From contig JAGOWQ010000005.1 of NCBI GenBank assembly GCA_018060185.1, forward strand, positions 15,194 through 79,193: 64,000 nucleotides of DNA, in the 5' to 3' direction. Below, one piece after another: positions 1 to 8,453 of the stretch; the stretch's first letter is position 1; each line of letters opens with the position of its first letter. The DNA is from Leptotrichiaceae bacterium (lineage in GTDB: Bacteria > Fusobacteriota > Fusobacteriia > Fusobacteriales > Leptotrichiaceae). The position numbers were made by a program, and so were the translations under genes. The notes beneath the pieces were generated by a model, which saw nothing but the letters and a program-made list of their open reading frames with translations, did no database searches and was not told where the DNA came from.

Positions 1-406
1 TAATAATACTTTCTAAATGACTACATCTAGTTCCTCTTGCTTTTTGTTCAATATCAAATTCGAGATTTGTGTAATTAAAAAGTGTATTCATTAAATTTTC
101 TTTTACACACTCACTTAACATACTTCGCCCTAAATTAGTATGTAGGATAGTTCCAGTAGCATTTATAACCCTTCTTAGAGAAAAATTGTCTTTTTCTTTT
201 ACTTCTTTTTTTATTTTTTCAATTATTTCATCCATTGAAGGTACTTCTTTTAAATTTTCTTTCAAAATTTCATTTTTTATTTTTTCAACTTCATTTTTAA
301 CAACATCTTTTACCAATTTTTCTGGATGGTCAACTACTAACTGTTTAACTGAATATTCAAGTAAAATATTATTTATTGATGGTATTTTTGATAGCAATTG
401 TCTCAT
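1..406 (-). CDS. selA: L-seryl-tRNA(Sec) selenium transferase SelA, N-terminal part (gene runs off the left edge)
   Basis: My translation from the ATG at 404-406 (rc) gives MRQLLSKIPSINNILLEYSV...SLRRVINATGTILHTNLGRSMLSE. This is the SelA N-terminal region with the INATG..LHTNLGR motif. A GGAGAA SD lies upstream, and the gene sits directly downstream of selB in the same orientation. The plus-strand ORF 186..422 is its antisense shadow. Confidence 0.85.
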   Translation of the reverse strand, partial: MRQLLSKIPSINNILLEYSVKQLVVDHPEKLVKDVVKNEVEKIKNEILKENLKEVPSMDEIIEKIKKEVKEKDNFSLRRVINATGTILHTNLGRSMLSECVKENLMNTLFNYTNLEFDIEQKARGTRCSHLESII

Positions 407-452
407 ATTTTCTCCTATTTAGTTCTTATTGTTTTGTTTTTGATATTACAAC

Positions 453-2357
453 TTATGTATTATTTCCTAAAACTCTATAATCATCGACTCTTTTGGTAAT
501 CCCTAATCTATCCATATATTCTAACAATGCTAATGAATATTTCCTACTAGATCCTATCATATCTCTAAATTCAGATAATAATATTTTTTTGTTATTTTTA
601 AAGTGATTTAAAAGTTTTGATTTAGCATCTTTAAATACTTTTTCATGAATTACAATATCTCCATCTAATCTTACTATTGTACTTCCGATTAATGATTCTA
701 AAACTTCAATAGCCTCTTTAGAGCCTTGTGTAAGTTCTTTTATTCCTATCGGTAAAAATTCACTTTCTAAAAGTGATTTTTCCATACGATTTTTATGTTT
801 AATCTGATTTACGTCATACTTTATTTTAAAATCAAATAAAGATATAAAATTATTATCTATTTCAAGATTTTTATTACTTATCATTAAATCTAATATTGCA
901 ATTATTTCTTTTTGATTGTTTTTAAATTTCGATAAAAGCTCAGCTTTAACAATCCCTTTTCTTAATTTATTTTTTATATGATATTCGTTTACTATTTTTA
1001 AAATTTTATATTTAAAATCTTCATATTTCTTCATATGTAAGTATCCTGATGAAGTTTCATATACACTTTTTTCTTCAACTAATCTTTTTAAATTTAGTAA
1101 AATATTTTCTTTAATTTCGTTAAAATTTTTTAGAATTTCATCTATTTTAATCATATTTCTACAATCAGTCAAAAGATAACTCTCAATTAAATCTTTACTA
1201 TCTCCTTGCAGTTGAATTTTTAATTTATTTAAAGTCTCCTCATTAAATCTATTATGTTTTTTAGGTACTGCGTCTAAAATAATTCCTCCTCCAATTGTAA
1301 CCATTGGTGAATATGTTCTTATAATAAATTTATCATAATTTTTTACTGAAATTTCTTCTTCTAATCGAAGTTGAGCAAATTCATTTTTTCCTGCTTTAAT
1401 TATTTCTGTTCCTAAAGGTACAACTCTTGCCATAACTTCTCTTGTTCCAATGTAAACACGAACTCTATCCCATAATTTAAGGTTGAAGTCTGAGTTGTTT
1501 ATAATTTTTATTTCCACATCAATCATATATGTTTTTATAAGAGTTCCAGGTGTTGCGAGTATAGTTCCTCTACAAACTTCTTCCACTTTTATATTATTCA
1601 AATTTATTGCTGTTCTTTGACCTGTAAAAGCAGTTTTTACATCTGTTTCATGAACTTGTATATTTCTTACTTTTGTTATAATATTATTAGGATAAATTTC
1701 TAATTCATCTCCTACTGAAATTTTTCCCTCTAATAATGTACCTGTTATTACTGTCCCAAAACCCTTTACTTGAAAAGCTCTATCAATATTAATACGTGAA
1801 TTTTCGCTTTCTTTTAACATTAATATATTTTTTGTTTTTTCATCAATTACCTTTAAAAGTTTGTCTATTCCTTTCCTACTTATAGAATCTACTTCAATTA
1901 TAGGGCTATTTTCAAGTATAGTTTCTTTTATAAATTTTTCTACATCTTCTCTTACAAATTCTATATAATCTTCATCTACTAAATCTATCTTCGTTATTAC
2001 AATTATGTAGTTTTCTATTCCGAGTAGTGATAATATATCAATATGTTCCTTTGTTTGTGGCATTATTCCTTCTCTTGCATCTACTAAAAGCAATACAAGG
2101 TTAATACCGCTTACTCCAGCAAGCATATTTTTTATAAATTTTTCATGACCAGGAACATCAACAACTCCACATCTTTTTCCAATTGGAAGATCAAAATAAG
2201 CAAATCCTAAATTTATAGAAATTCCTCTTTCTTTTTCTTCTAATGTTGTATCCGTTTCAATTCCACTAAGAGCTTTAATTAAAGTTGTTTTTCCATGATC
2301 AATATGACCTGCTGTGCAGATTACAACATTACTTACAAACTTATTTTCATCATTCAT
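453..2357 (-). CDS. selB: selenocysteine-specific translation elongation factor SelB
   Basis: 634 aa. EF-Tu-like GTPase motifs are present: AGHIDHGKTT (G1), DVPGHEKF (G3) and TKIDL (G4). A long C-terminal extension fits SelB winged-helix SECIS-binding domains. Located in a sel operon. Confidence 0.9.
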   Translation of the reverse strand: MNDENKFVSNVVICTAGHIDHGKTTLIKALSGIETDTTLEEKERGISINLGFAYFDLPIGKRCGVVDVPGHEKFIKNMLAGVSGINLVLLLVDAREGIMPQTKEHIDILSLLGIENYIIVITKIDLVDEDYIEFVREDVEKFIKETILENSPIIEVDSISRKGIDKLLKVIDEKTKNILMLKESENSRINIDRAFQVKGFGTVITGTLLEGKISVGDELEIYPNNIITKVRNIQVHETDVKTAFTGQRTAINLNNIKVEEVCRGTILATPGTLIKTYMIDVEIKIINNSDFNLKLWDRVRVYIGTREVMARVVPLGTEIIKAGKNEFAQLRLEEEISVKNYDKFIIRTYSPMVTIGGGIILDAVPKKHNRFNEETLNKLKIQLQGDSKDLIESYLLTDCRNMIKIDEILKNFNEIKENILLNLKRLVEEKSVYETSSGYLHMKKYEDFKYKILKIVNEYHIKNKLRKGIVKAELLSKFKNNQKEIIAILDLMISNKNLEIDNNFISLFDFKIKYDVNQIKHKNRMEKSLLESEFLPIGIKELTQGSKEAIEVLESLIGSTIVRLDGDIVIHEKVFKDAKSKLLNHFKNNKKILLSEFRDMIGSSRKYSLALLEYMDRLGITKRVDDYRVLGNNT

Positions 2358-2360
2358 ATT

Positions 2361-2639
2361 TTATCTATCTTCCTCTTCTTCATGTAGTAATTTAGTTTCT
2401 CTTTTTATACCGATCTTAATAGAATAAAAAAGTGCTCTATATCTTATTTCTTTTTCTTCTAAAATTTTTACTAAATCACTGAAATTTTCCCAATCTGTTT
2501 TCATCATAAAACCACAACCCAATGTAATACTAGGATGTGTTGGTATAAGACCCGCATTAATTTCATTTTCTGAACATATATTATCTGCTTTTATGGCGTC
2601 ATGAGTTCCATAAAATACTACTAATCCCTCTTTTCTCAT
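2361..2639 (-). CDS. DUF3343-type small protein (putative Se/S carrier-like, YedF-associated)
   Basis: 92 aa. Size, the pattern VVFYGTHDAIKAD...GLIPTHPSITLGCGF and its position immediately after yedF match the DUF3343 family that co-occurs with selenium-utilisation genes. Confidence 0.65.
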   Translation of the reverse strand: MRKEGLVVFYGTHDAIKADNICSENEINAGLIPTHPSITLGCGFMMKTDWENFSDLVKILEEKEIRYRALFYSIKIGIKRETKLLHEEEEDR

Positions 2640-2647
2640 TTTTTCTC

Positions 2648-3448
2648 CTATGGACGTATAATTCTGCTGGATTTACGCATATCCTCAACAATAAAATACA
2701 TATTAGTTGTATTTCCCACTGCCAAATCTACTGTATAATAATCTTTACATGCTCCACAACATAATATTTCTACACCATTTTTTTCTAATTCTTCTAATTC
2801 TTTTAGAACATCGCTTCTAGTTTTATCAACTAATAACGCCCCTTCATTATAAAATAATATTTTTTTAGGAAGTAATTCTTGTTCTGTCAACGCATATAAA
2901 AATCCTTTTATGAGTTTTGATCCTAATTCTTCACTTCCATGTCCCATTATTTTTTTGTTAATTACAACTATATAATTTTCATCCTTAACTTGAAGAAGCT
3001 CTATATTTGCTTTTTCCTCTTCTTTTTCAATTATTATTTCATATATTTCATTTTCTTCTCTAATATTTACTTTATAATTTTTTTCTTTTGCAAATTCTAT
3101 AACTTTTTTAGCATTTTCTTCCCCAGAAACTTTTAAATTTACAACTGTATCTTTTTCTAACGCACGTTTTGCTTGTATTACAGGAAGAACACATTTGTCT
3201 TTTGAGGTATCTATAATTTTATTAAAAATATCATTTTCATTCGAAATTGTAACTATATATTTATCTTTACTAATTTCTTTTACGTCGATTTTATAATTTA
3301 ACTGTTCAGCTAATTTTCTTAAATTTTCTGTTGCAATAATATTGTCAACTGTTGTCTCTACCAAACTATATTCTTCTAACAATTTTTTTGTTTTTACTAC
3401 AGGTATAGGACAGGACATTCCTCTTGCATCTAACTTATAACTTCCCAT
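2648..3448 (-). CDS. yedF: sulfurtransferase-like selenium metabolism protein YedF (TusA/SirA-like N-terminus, DsrE-like C-terminus)
   Basis: 266 aa. The N-terminus LDARGMSCPIPVVKTKK carries the TusA CPxP motif. The C-terminal part (VVINKKIMGHGSEELG...ILCCGACKDYY) is DsrE-like. Lies between selD and selB. An extra internal TusA-like repeat is described in findings. Confidence 0.8.
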   Translation of the reverse strand: MGSYKLDARGMSCPIPVVKTKKLLEEYSLVETTVDNIIATENLRKLAEQLNYKIDVKEISKDKYIVTISNENDIFNKIIDTSKDKCVLPVIQAKRALEKDTVVNLKVSGEENAKKVIEFAKEKNYKVNIREENEIYEIIIEKEEEKANIELLQVKDENYIVVINKKIMGHGSEELGSKLIKGFLYALTEQELLPKKILFYNEGALLVDKTRSDVLKELEELEKNGVEILCCGACKDYYTVDLAVGNTTNMYFIVEDMRKSSRIIRP

Positions 3449-3497
3449 AATATTTTCCTCCTAAACTTTGTACTTTTGTTTAATTATGTGTAAGCAA

Positions 3498-4523
3498 TTA
3501 AATTACAACAACATCTTTTTCCATTTTTTCAATTACCCTACCCACTATGGCACTTTTTATTTCTAATTCATTTAATTTATCCAATAATCCTTCTGCATAT
3601 TCATTTGGTAAACTTATAAGTAAACCTCCTGATGTTTGAGGATCATATAAAATTTCTTCCATTGGAAAATCTTTTATTTTAAATTCAACTTTATCTTTTA
3701 AATAATTTCTATTAAGTTGACCTCCTGCTGTAATTACAAAATTTTCTGCACATTTATAGGCTTCTGGAAGAATAGGTATATTTTTAGAAAAAATTTCAGC
3801 AGAATATTCATCATCTAACATCTCTACTAAATGCCCTAAAAATCCAAAACCTGTTATATCAGTACAACTATTTACAGGATATTTATTCATTATTTCAGCA
3901 GCGTATTTATTTAGTGTAGTCATTTGATTAACACAAATTGAAAATGCATCTTCAGAGCATTCCCTAAGCATATATGCTGAGTTTATAATACTTACTCCTA
4001 AAGACTTGGTAACAATTAATGCATCTCCTAATCTACAATCATTATTTTTTAATATTTTACTTGGGTGAATAATTCCTGTAACCGATAATCCGTATTTAGG
4101 CGTTGCGTCGTAAATAGAATGTCCACCTGCAAGAACACCTCCAGCTTCGTGAACTTTTTCTGCTCCTCCTTTTAATATTTTATGGAGTATTTCCATATCC
4201 ATATTTTCAGGAAAAGCTACTATATTTAATGCAGATATTACTTCTCCACCCATGGCATATACATCACTCAGTGCATTTGTTGCTGCAATTTGACCATATA
4301 AATAAGGATCGTCTATCATTGTAGTGAAAAAATCTAAAGTCTGTATAATAGCTTTATCTTCAGATATTTTGTATACCGATGCATCATCAGAAGATTCATA
4401 CCCTACTATTAAATTTTCATTTTTATTTTTTGGTAAATCTTTTAATAAATCTGAAAGAGCCCCCGGCCCTATTTTTGAATTTCAACCACCACAAACTATC
4501 ATACTCAATTTTTTATTAGACAT
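3498..4523 (-). CDS. selD: selenide, water dikinase SelD, itself a selenoprotein (in-frame UGA at 4482-4484 read as Sec)
   Basis: The ORF track stops at 4319, but the same frame continues upstream as MSNKKLSMIVCGG-TGA-NSKIGPGALSDLL...SSDDASVYKI...TLDFFTT. It then joins MIDDPYLYGQIAATNALSDVYAMGG. The TGA falls in the glycine-rich N-terminal loop where SelD has its catalytic Cys/Sec. An AAGGAGGG SD lies 5 nt before the ATG at 4521-4523. Confidence 0.85.
4440..4481 (-). promoter_or_regulatory. candidate bacterial SECIS hairpin directly 3' of the selD UGA
   Basis: mRNA after the UGA reads AAUUCAAAAAUAGGGCCGGGGGCUCUUUCAGAUUU. AGGGCC can pair with GGCUCU around a G-rich apical loop. It is an isolated GC-rich patch (plus strand agagcccccggccct, 4456-4470) in very AT-rich DNA, at the spacing expected for SelB-dependent recoding. 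Confidence 0.5.
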
Positions 4524-4674
4524 TTTACCCTCCTTTATATTTATTTCATTATTTGAAATTTATAAAAAAATCACCTAAACAATATTTTTAATATTTGGTA
4601 TAAGTGATATATATTAATATTTATTTCTATTTTTATATAATTACATTCATAATTTTTATAAATATTAAAAATAT

Positions 4675-4771
4675 TGGCGGGAATGTGTGGGAATCGAACC
4701 CACCTAAGAGGCTACTAACCCCTCACGCTAGTTTTGAAGACCAGAGAGAACACCAGAACTCATCCACTCCC
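4675..4771 (-). tRNA. selC: tRNA-Sec (anticodon UCA)
   Basis: The rc reads GGGAGTGGATGAGTTCTGGTGTTCTCTCTGGTCTTCAAAACTAGCGTGAGGGGTTAGTAGCCTCTTAGGTGGGTTCGATTCCCACACATTCCCGCCA. About 97 nt, anticodon loop CU-UCA-AA, long variable arm, GGTTCGATTCC T-loop and an encoded CCA. Adjacent to selD. It hides inside spurious plus-strand ORF 4604..4801. Confidence 0.85.
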
Positions 4772-4782
4772 ATATTGCCTCA

Positions 4783-4811
4783 ATTATACACCATAAACTA
4801 ATTAAAAGCAA
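4783..4811 (-). promoter_or_regulatory. putative sigma70-type promoter of selC
   Basis: On the minus strand: TTGCTT, a 17-nt spacer, then TATAAT. The -10 box ends about 11 nt before the first tRNA nucleotide. Confidence 0.4.
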
Positions 4812-4896
4812 TATAAAAACCATATTCTTAAATTTTAAAAACATAAAAATATATATCATTGAATTTCATTTTTAATTTAATTTAATAATTTAATAT

Positions 4897-5394
4897 TTAC
4901 TCCGATTTAAACGGTATGTGGTTATCAGAAGTAAGTCTTTCAGCTAAATAAGCAGCTACATTTCCTGTAATTGCAATACAATGTTTTTTTCTTTCAGGAC
5001 TTTTAAATTCGTCTCCTTTCCATTGTCTAGTCATTACACGACAACAACATGAACCATATTCTTTTATTATATGATCGTGTAGACCCTTTGCCTCTTCAAA
5101 CATTTTTTGTTGCATCTCTTCCCCTTGAGTTCGACCATAAACAATTCCAAGAGCCATTTGACCTCCTGAAACTGCTCCACATAAACACCCTGCTGTTCCC
5201 ATTCCAACTGGAAACCCACTTGCCATTTTAACTACATCAGGATGATAAGGTTGACCTAAATAATTATTAATAACAGTAAGTACTGCTTCGCTACAAAAAA
5301 GTGTTCCACTAGAAAAAAGCTCTTCCGAATCTTGTTTTATTCTTTCAATTAATTCTTCTTTCGTATATTTCCTTGTATCAATTTTTTCATTCAT
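4897..5394 (-). CDS. C-GCAxxG-C-C family (seleno)protein-type redox protein, Cys form
   Basis: 165 aa with the family signature: early Cys (LFCSEAV), GTAGCLCGAVSGG (GCAxxG-like core), then CCC and C later (SCCCRV...KKHC). Confidence 0.75.
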   Translation of the reverse strand: MNEKIDTRKYTKEELIERIKQDSEELFSSGTLFCSEAVLTVINNYLGQPYHPDVVKMASGFPVGMGTAGCLCGAVSGGQMALGIVYGRTQGEEMQQKMFEEAKGLHDHIIKEYGSCCCRVMTRQWKGDEFKSPERKKHCIAITGNVAAYLAERLTSDNHIPFKSE

Positions 5395-5410
5395 CTTACT
5401 ACCTCCAATT

Positions 5411-6014
5411 TTATTTTTTTAATATAAATTTTAAATATCTAACTAATACATACAATACAATAACTAATGCTATTATTTCTTCAATTTTTACTACTATTAA
5501 AAGGATACTAGTATTTCCACCTTGTTTACCAATAAATGCTGTGAAAAGTTTCAATGCTGTAGCACTTATAACTAATGGAAATGTAAAAGCAGAAATAGTT
5601 GGGTAAAATTTTAATTTTAAAAGTTTTGTCATCATAATCATGGAATATAAATAAAATCCCATTGAAATAATTACTAATAAATATATTATAAAAATATTTT
5701 TTTCTGTGAAACTACTCATGTAACCTGCAAGTAATAGTGAAATTGGAGCAGAAAATACAATAAGCATAGGAGTCAGTGGCTCTGGTATATTTTTTAATTT
5801 AAAAACTCTGTAACATATTATAGGGAGTAATGAAAAATATCCTATAAAACCAAACCAAAAAGCTACCTGACCTATGTTTAACATTTTATAAGCAGGAGCT
5901 GTTACACTAACCGTTACTATTCCTACATATAATATTGACCATGTTGTAAATACATCACTTATTTTAAATCTAAATAAAAATTTTAAAGTTTTCTACATCT
6001 ATTGATATTTTCAT
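5411..6014 (-). pseudogene. TehA/Mae1 (TDT) family transporter remnant, C-terminal half only, with an apparent 5' frameshift
   Basis: The 157-aa ORF (5411..5884) has TDT-like C-terminal motifs: PMLIVFSAPISLLLAGY and FYPTISAFTFPLVISATA. Its frame stays open about 110 nt upstream with no start codon and encodes another helix (WSILYVGIVTVSVTAPAY). A GGAGGT-preceded ATG at 6012-6014 opens MKISIDVENFKIFI* in a different frame. Full-length TDT proteins are roughly twice this size. Confidence 0.45.
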
Positions 6015-6072
6015 TATATTACCTCCAAGTTAATTTTAATATTTTTATTTTATAATTTTTATTTTATAATAC

Positions 6073-6912
6073 TTATTTTATCCATTTTTTAGCTAACGAA
6101 GATAAAATATCAGTAATGTAAACTAAAATTAAATAAAATATTAAATATAAAAGAATATCCGAATATTTAAAATAACTCATGGCTAGTTTAAACTGAAATC
6201 CTAATCCACTTGCCCCTACAAATCCCACTATTAATGTAGATCTTATTATATTTTCTAATCTATATAAAATATAATTTATATACTTAGGTAAAATATCTGG
6301 AAAAATTCCATAAAACATTAACTGTAATTTACTTCCTCCATTAAGTGCCAAATTTTGAATAGGCTTTTCGTCCATATTTTCTATAACTTCTCCACAAAGT
6401 TTTCCTAGTACTCCCATGTTGTGAATTGCCAAAGCTAAAGCTCCTGGGAGAATGCCTGGTTTCAATATAAAAACTAGTATCATTGCCCACATAAGTTCAG
6501 GTATAGCTCTAGTTATTAAAAATATAATCTTACTAATATAATAAAAAAAATTATTATACCATTTTTTATTAAGAGTTAATTTTCCATTTGAAATATTTCT
6601 GGCTGAAGGTATCACTAATATTAGCATTACTACTGTTGCTATACCTGTTGCAAGTATGCTCATTTCAAAAGTTTGAATGCTTAAAATTAAACCTTGTTTC
6701 CACATTTCCTTATCTAAAAAGGCTGGTATTTCTTCATTTAATCCAAATAATCTTTTTAAAAATCTAATCAAATATTCTATATTTCTCTCATCAAAAAGTT
6801 TTGATAAACTTTCTGGTTCACTAAAGAAAATATAAAACCAAGATATTATTACCAATAAACAGAAAGTAAAGAAAGAATATTTTATAAAATTTTTTTTTAT
6901 ATTATATATCAT
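6073..6912 (-). CDS. phnE: phosphonate ABC transporter permease PhnE (second copy)
   Basis: 279 aa polytopic membrane protein with a BPD-transporter EAA-like loop. Last gene of a phnD-phnC-phnE-phnE unit. Confidence 0.8.
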   Translation of the reverse strand: MIYNIKKNFIKYSFFTFCLLVIISWFYIFFSEPESLSKLFDERNIEYLIRFLKRLFGLNEEIPAFLDKEMWKQGLILSIQTFEMSILATGIATVVMLILVIPSARNISNGKLTLNKKWYNNFFYYISKIIFLITRAIPELMWAMILVFILKPGILPGALALAIHNMGVLGKLCGEVIENMDEKPIQNLALNGGSKLQLMFYGIFPDILPKYINYILYRLENIIRSTLIVGFVGASGLGFQFKLAMSYFKYSDILLYLIFYLILVYITDILSSLAKKWIK

Positions 6913-7698
6913 CTATTTTATTCTCCTCCTTATTTCATAACCCCATTTATCAATAACTATAATCATACCTATTAAAAAAAACATAAAAGTCCACACTTGA
7001 TTATATTTTAAATCTTGTAAAGATATTTGAATTTGAAAACCTATTCCGCCAAGACCAATAAAAGAAAGTACTGATGAAGATCTAATGGCACATTCTAATC
7101 TATACATTATATAACTAAACATATTTGGAAATGTTGCAGGAAGATAACCATATATCATTTTTTGAAGTTTACCTGCTCCTGATAATTCTAATGCTATTAT
7201 AGGAGATTTTGGAGTTTCCTCTAAAAGGTCTGTAAAAATTTTCCCAAAATAACCAGCATAAGGAATTGCCAAAGCAAAAATTGCACCTATTGGTGTAAGA
7301 CCTATTGCTGCCACAAAAATCCATGCCCATATTAATTCATGAATAGCACGTAAAAATCCTATTATTCCTCTAATAGTCCAAATCATAATTTTGTTTTTTA
7401 ATATTATTCCAGAGGCTAAAATTGCCAATGGAAATGAGATTAATATAGCTACTGATATACTTATTAACGCATAAGAAAATGTCTGCCAACAAGATTTTAT
7501 AGCAATTATTATAATTTCAGGGGACAAATCAGGTTTTAACAATGAAAGTAACATGTTTTTTAGTGTATTATATCCACCTGTGTGAAGTATTCCTCCTTTA
7601 AAATTTATCCTTAGAAAAGTTATTAAAAAGAAAAAACTTAATATTAATGTTAATACTATTTTCCTATTATTGTGGAAAGACTTCTTTAAACTAACCAT
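6913..7698 (-). CDS. phnE: phosphonate ABC transporter permease PhnE (first copy)
   Basis: Polytopic permease paralogous to 6073..6912. I prefer the ATG at 7698 (MVSLKK) because a GAGGG SD precedes it. It overlaps the phnC stop by a few nt. The ORF-track start is 7713. Confidence 0.8.
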   Translation of the reverse strand: MVSLKKSFHNNRKIVLTLILSFFFLITFLRINFKGGILHTGGYNTLKNMLLSLLKPDLSPEIIIIAIKSCWQTFSYALISISVAILISFPLAILASGIILKNKIMIWTIRGIIGFLRAIHELIWAWIFVAAIGLTPIGAIFALAIPYAGYFGKIFTDLLEETPKSPIIALELSGAGKLQKMIYGYLPATFPNMFSYIMYRLECAIRSSSVLSFIGLGGIGFQIQISLQDLKYNQVWTFMFFLIGMIIVIDKWGYEIRRRIK

Positions 7699-8437
7699 AA
7701 TATTCGCCCTCATATAATTTTTTTATCATACTTTCATTAATATTTTCAGTTTTAACATCAAAAATTATCTCACCGTGCTTTAATCCTATTATTCTATCAA
7801 AAAATTCTTTTGAGTATTCAACTGAATGCATACTTGCTATAAGTGCTTTTCCTTCTTTCCTAGCTAAATCTGTTATGAGGGAAAGTACATTTTTAGTATT
7901 AACAGGATCTAAAGAAGAAACAGGTTCATCTGCTAAAATCAAATCAGGATTTTGTACCAGTAAACGTGCGATAGCAACTCTTTGCTTCTGACCTCCTGAT
8001 AACTCTGAAGTGATTTCATACATCTTTTCTTCTAATCCAATTTTCCTTAATGCTGATTTTGCATAAATCAAATCTTGAGTCTTAAATAATGAAATAAATG
8101 ACTTAAAAAATCCCCATTCATTAAATCTTCCTACAAGAACATTGTTTACTACCTTAATATTTTCTACTAAATCAAATTGTTGTCTTAACATTCCTACTTT
8201 TTTTGCAAATATCTTATTATTATATTGAGAAATCTCTTTTCCATCTAATAAAATATTTCCTTTTTCTATTTCCAATGTCCTAGTTATAAGATTCATCAAT
8301 GTGGATTTTCCTGATCCACTTGAACCAATAAGAGCTATCACTTCACCTTTTTTAACATTCATATTTATTTTTTTTAATACCGAATTTTTATTAAAACTTT
8401 TCGTTAATTCTTTTATTTTTAATAAGTTATTATTCAT
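7691..8437 (-). CDS. phnC: phosphonate ABC transporter ATP-binding protein PhnC
   Basis: 248 aa with Walker A GSSGSGKST, signature LSGGQKQR and Walker B LILADEP. Lies in a phn context. Confidence 0.85.
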   Translation of the reverse strand: MNNNLLKIKELTKSFNKNSVLKKINMNVKKGEVIALIGSSGSGKSTLMNLITRTLEIEKGNILLDGKEISQYNNKIFAKKVGMLRQQFDLVENIKVVNNVLVGRFNEWGFFKSFISLFKTQDLIYAKSALRKIGLEEKMYEITSELSGGQKQRVAIARLLVQNPDLILADEPVSSLDPVNTKNVLSLITDLARKEGKALIASMHSVEYSKEFFDRIIGLKHGEIIFDVKTENINESMIKKLYEGEYYG

Positions 8438-8453
8438 CTAATTATTGCATCCT

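Noticed and set aside
186-422. Plus-strand 78-aa ORF, S/F/I-rich.
   Set aside because: It is a low-complexity antisense shadow of the selA 5' region. The minus frame gives a clean SelA N-terminus with an SD.
2939-3136. Other short plus-strand ORFs inside minus-strand genes. Examples: 2939..3136, 5049..5231, 5373..5606, 15315..15720, 18088..18279, 19829..20068, 25238..25510, 28598..28813, 33698..33910, 41078..41320, 41885..42106, 42207..42428, 44072..44368, 49597..49794, 51287..51526, 51932..52114, 52557..52835 and 61418..61600.
   Set aside because: These are shadow ORFs opposite well-supported genes. They have no SD and an F/I/L/S/Y-rich composition.
4324-4801. Plus-strand ORFs 4324..4578 and 4604..4801.
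   Set aside because: The first is antisense to the UGA-containing N-terminal part of selD. The second spans tRNA-Sec and its promoter. Neither has an SD or plausible protein composition.
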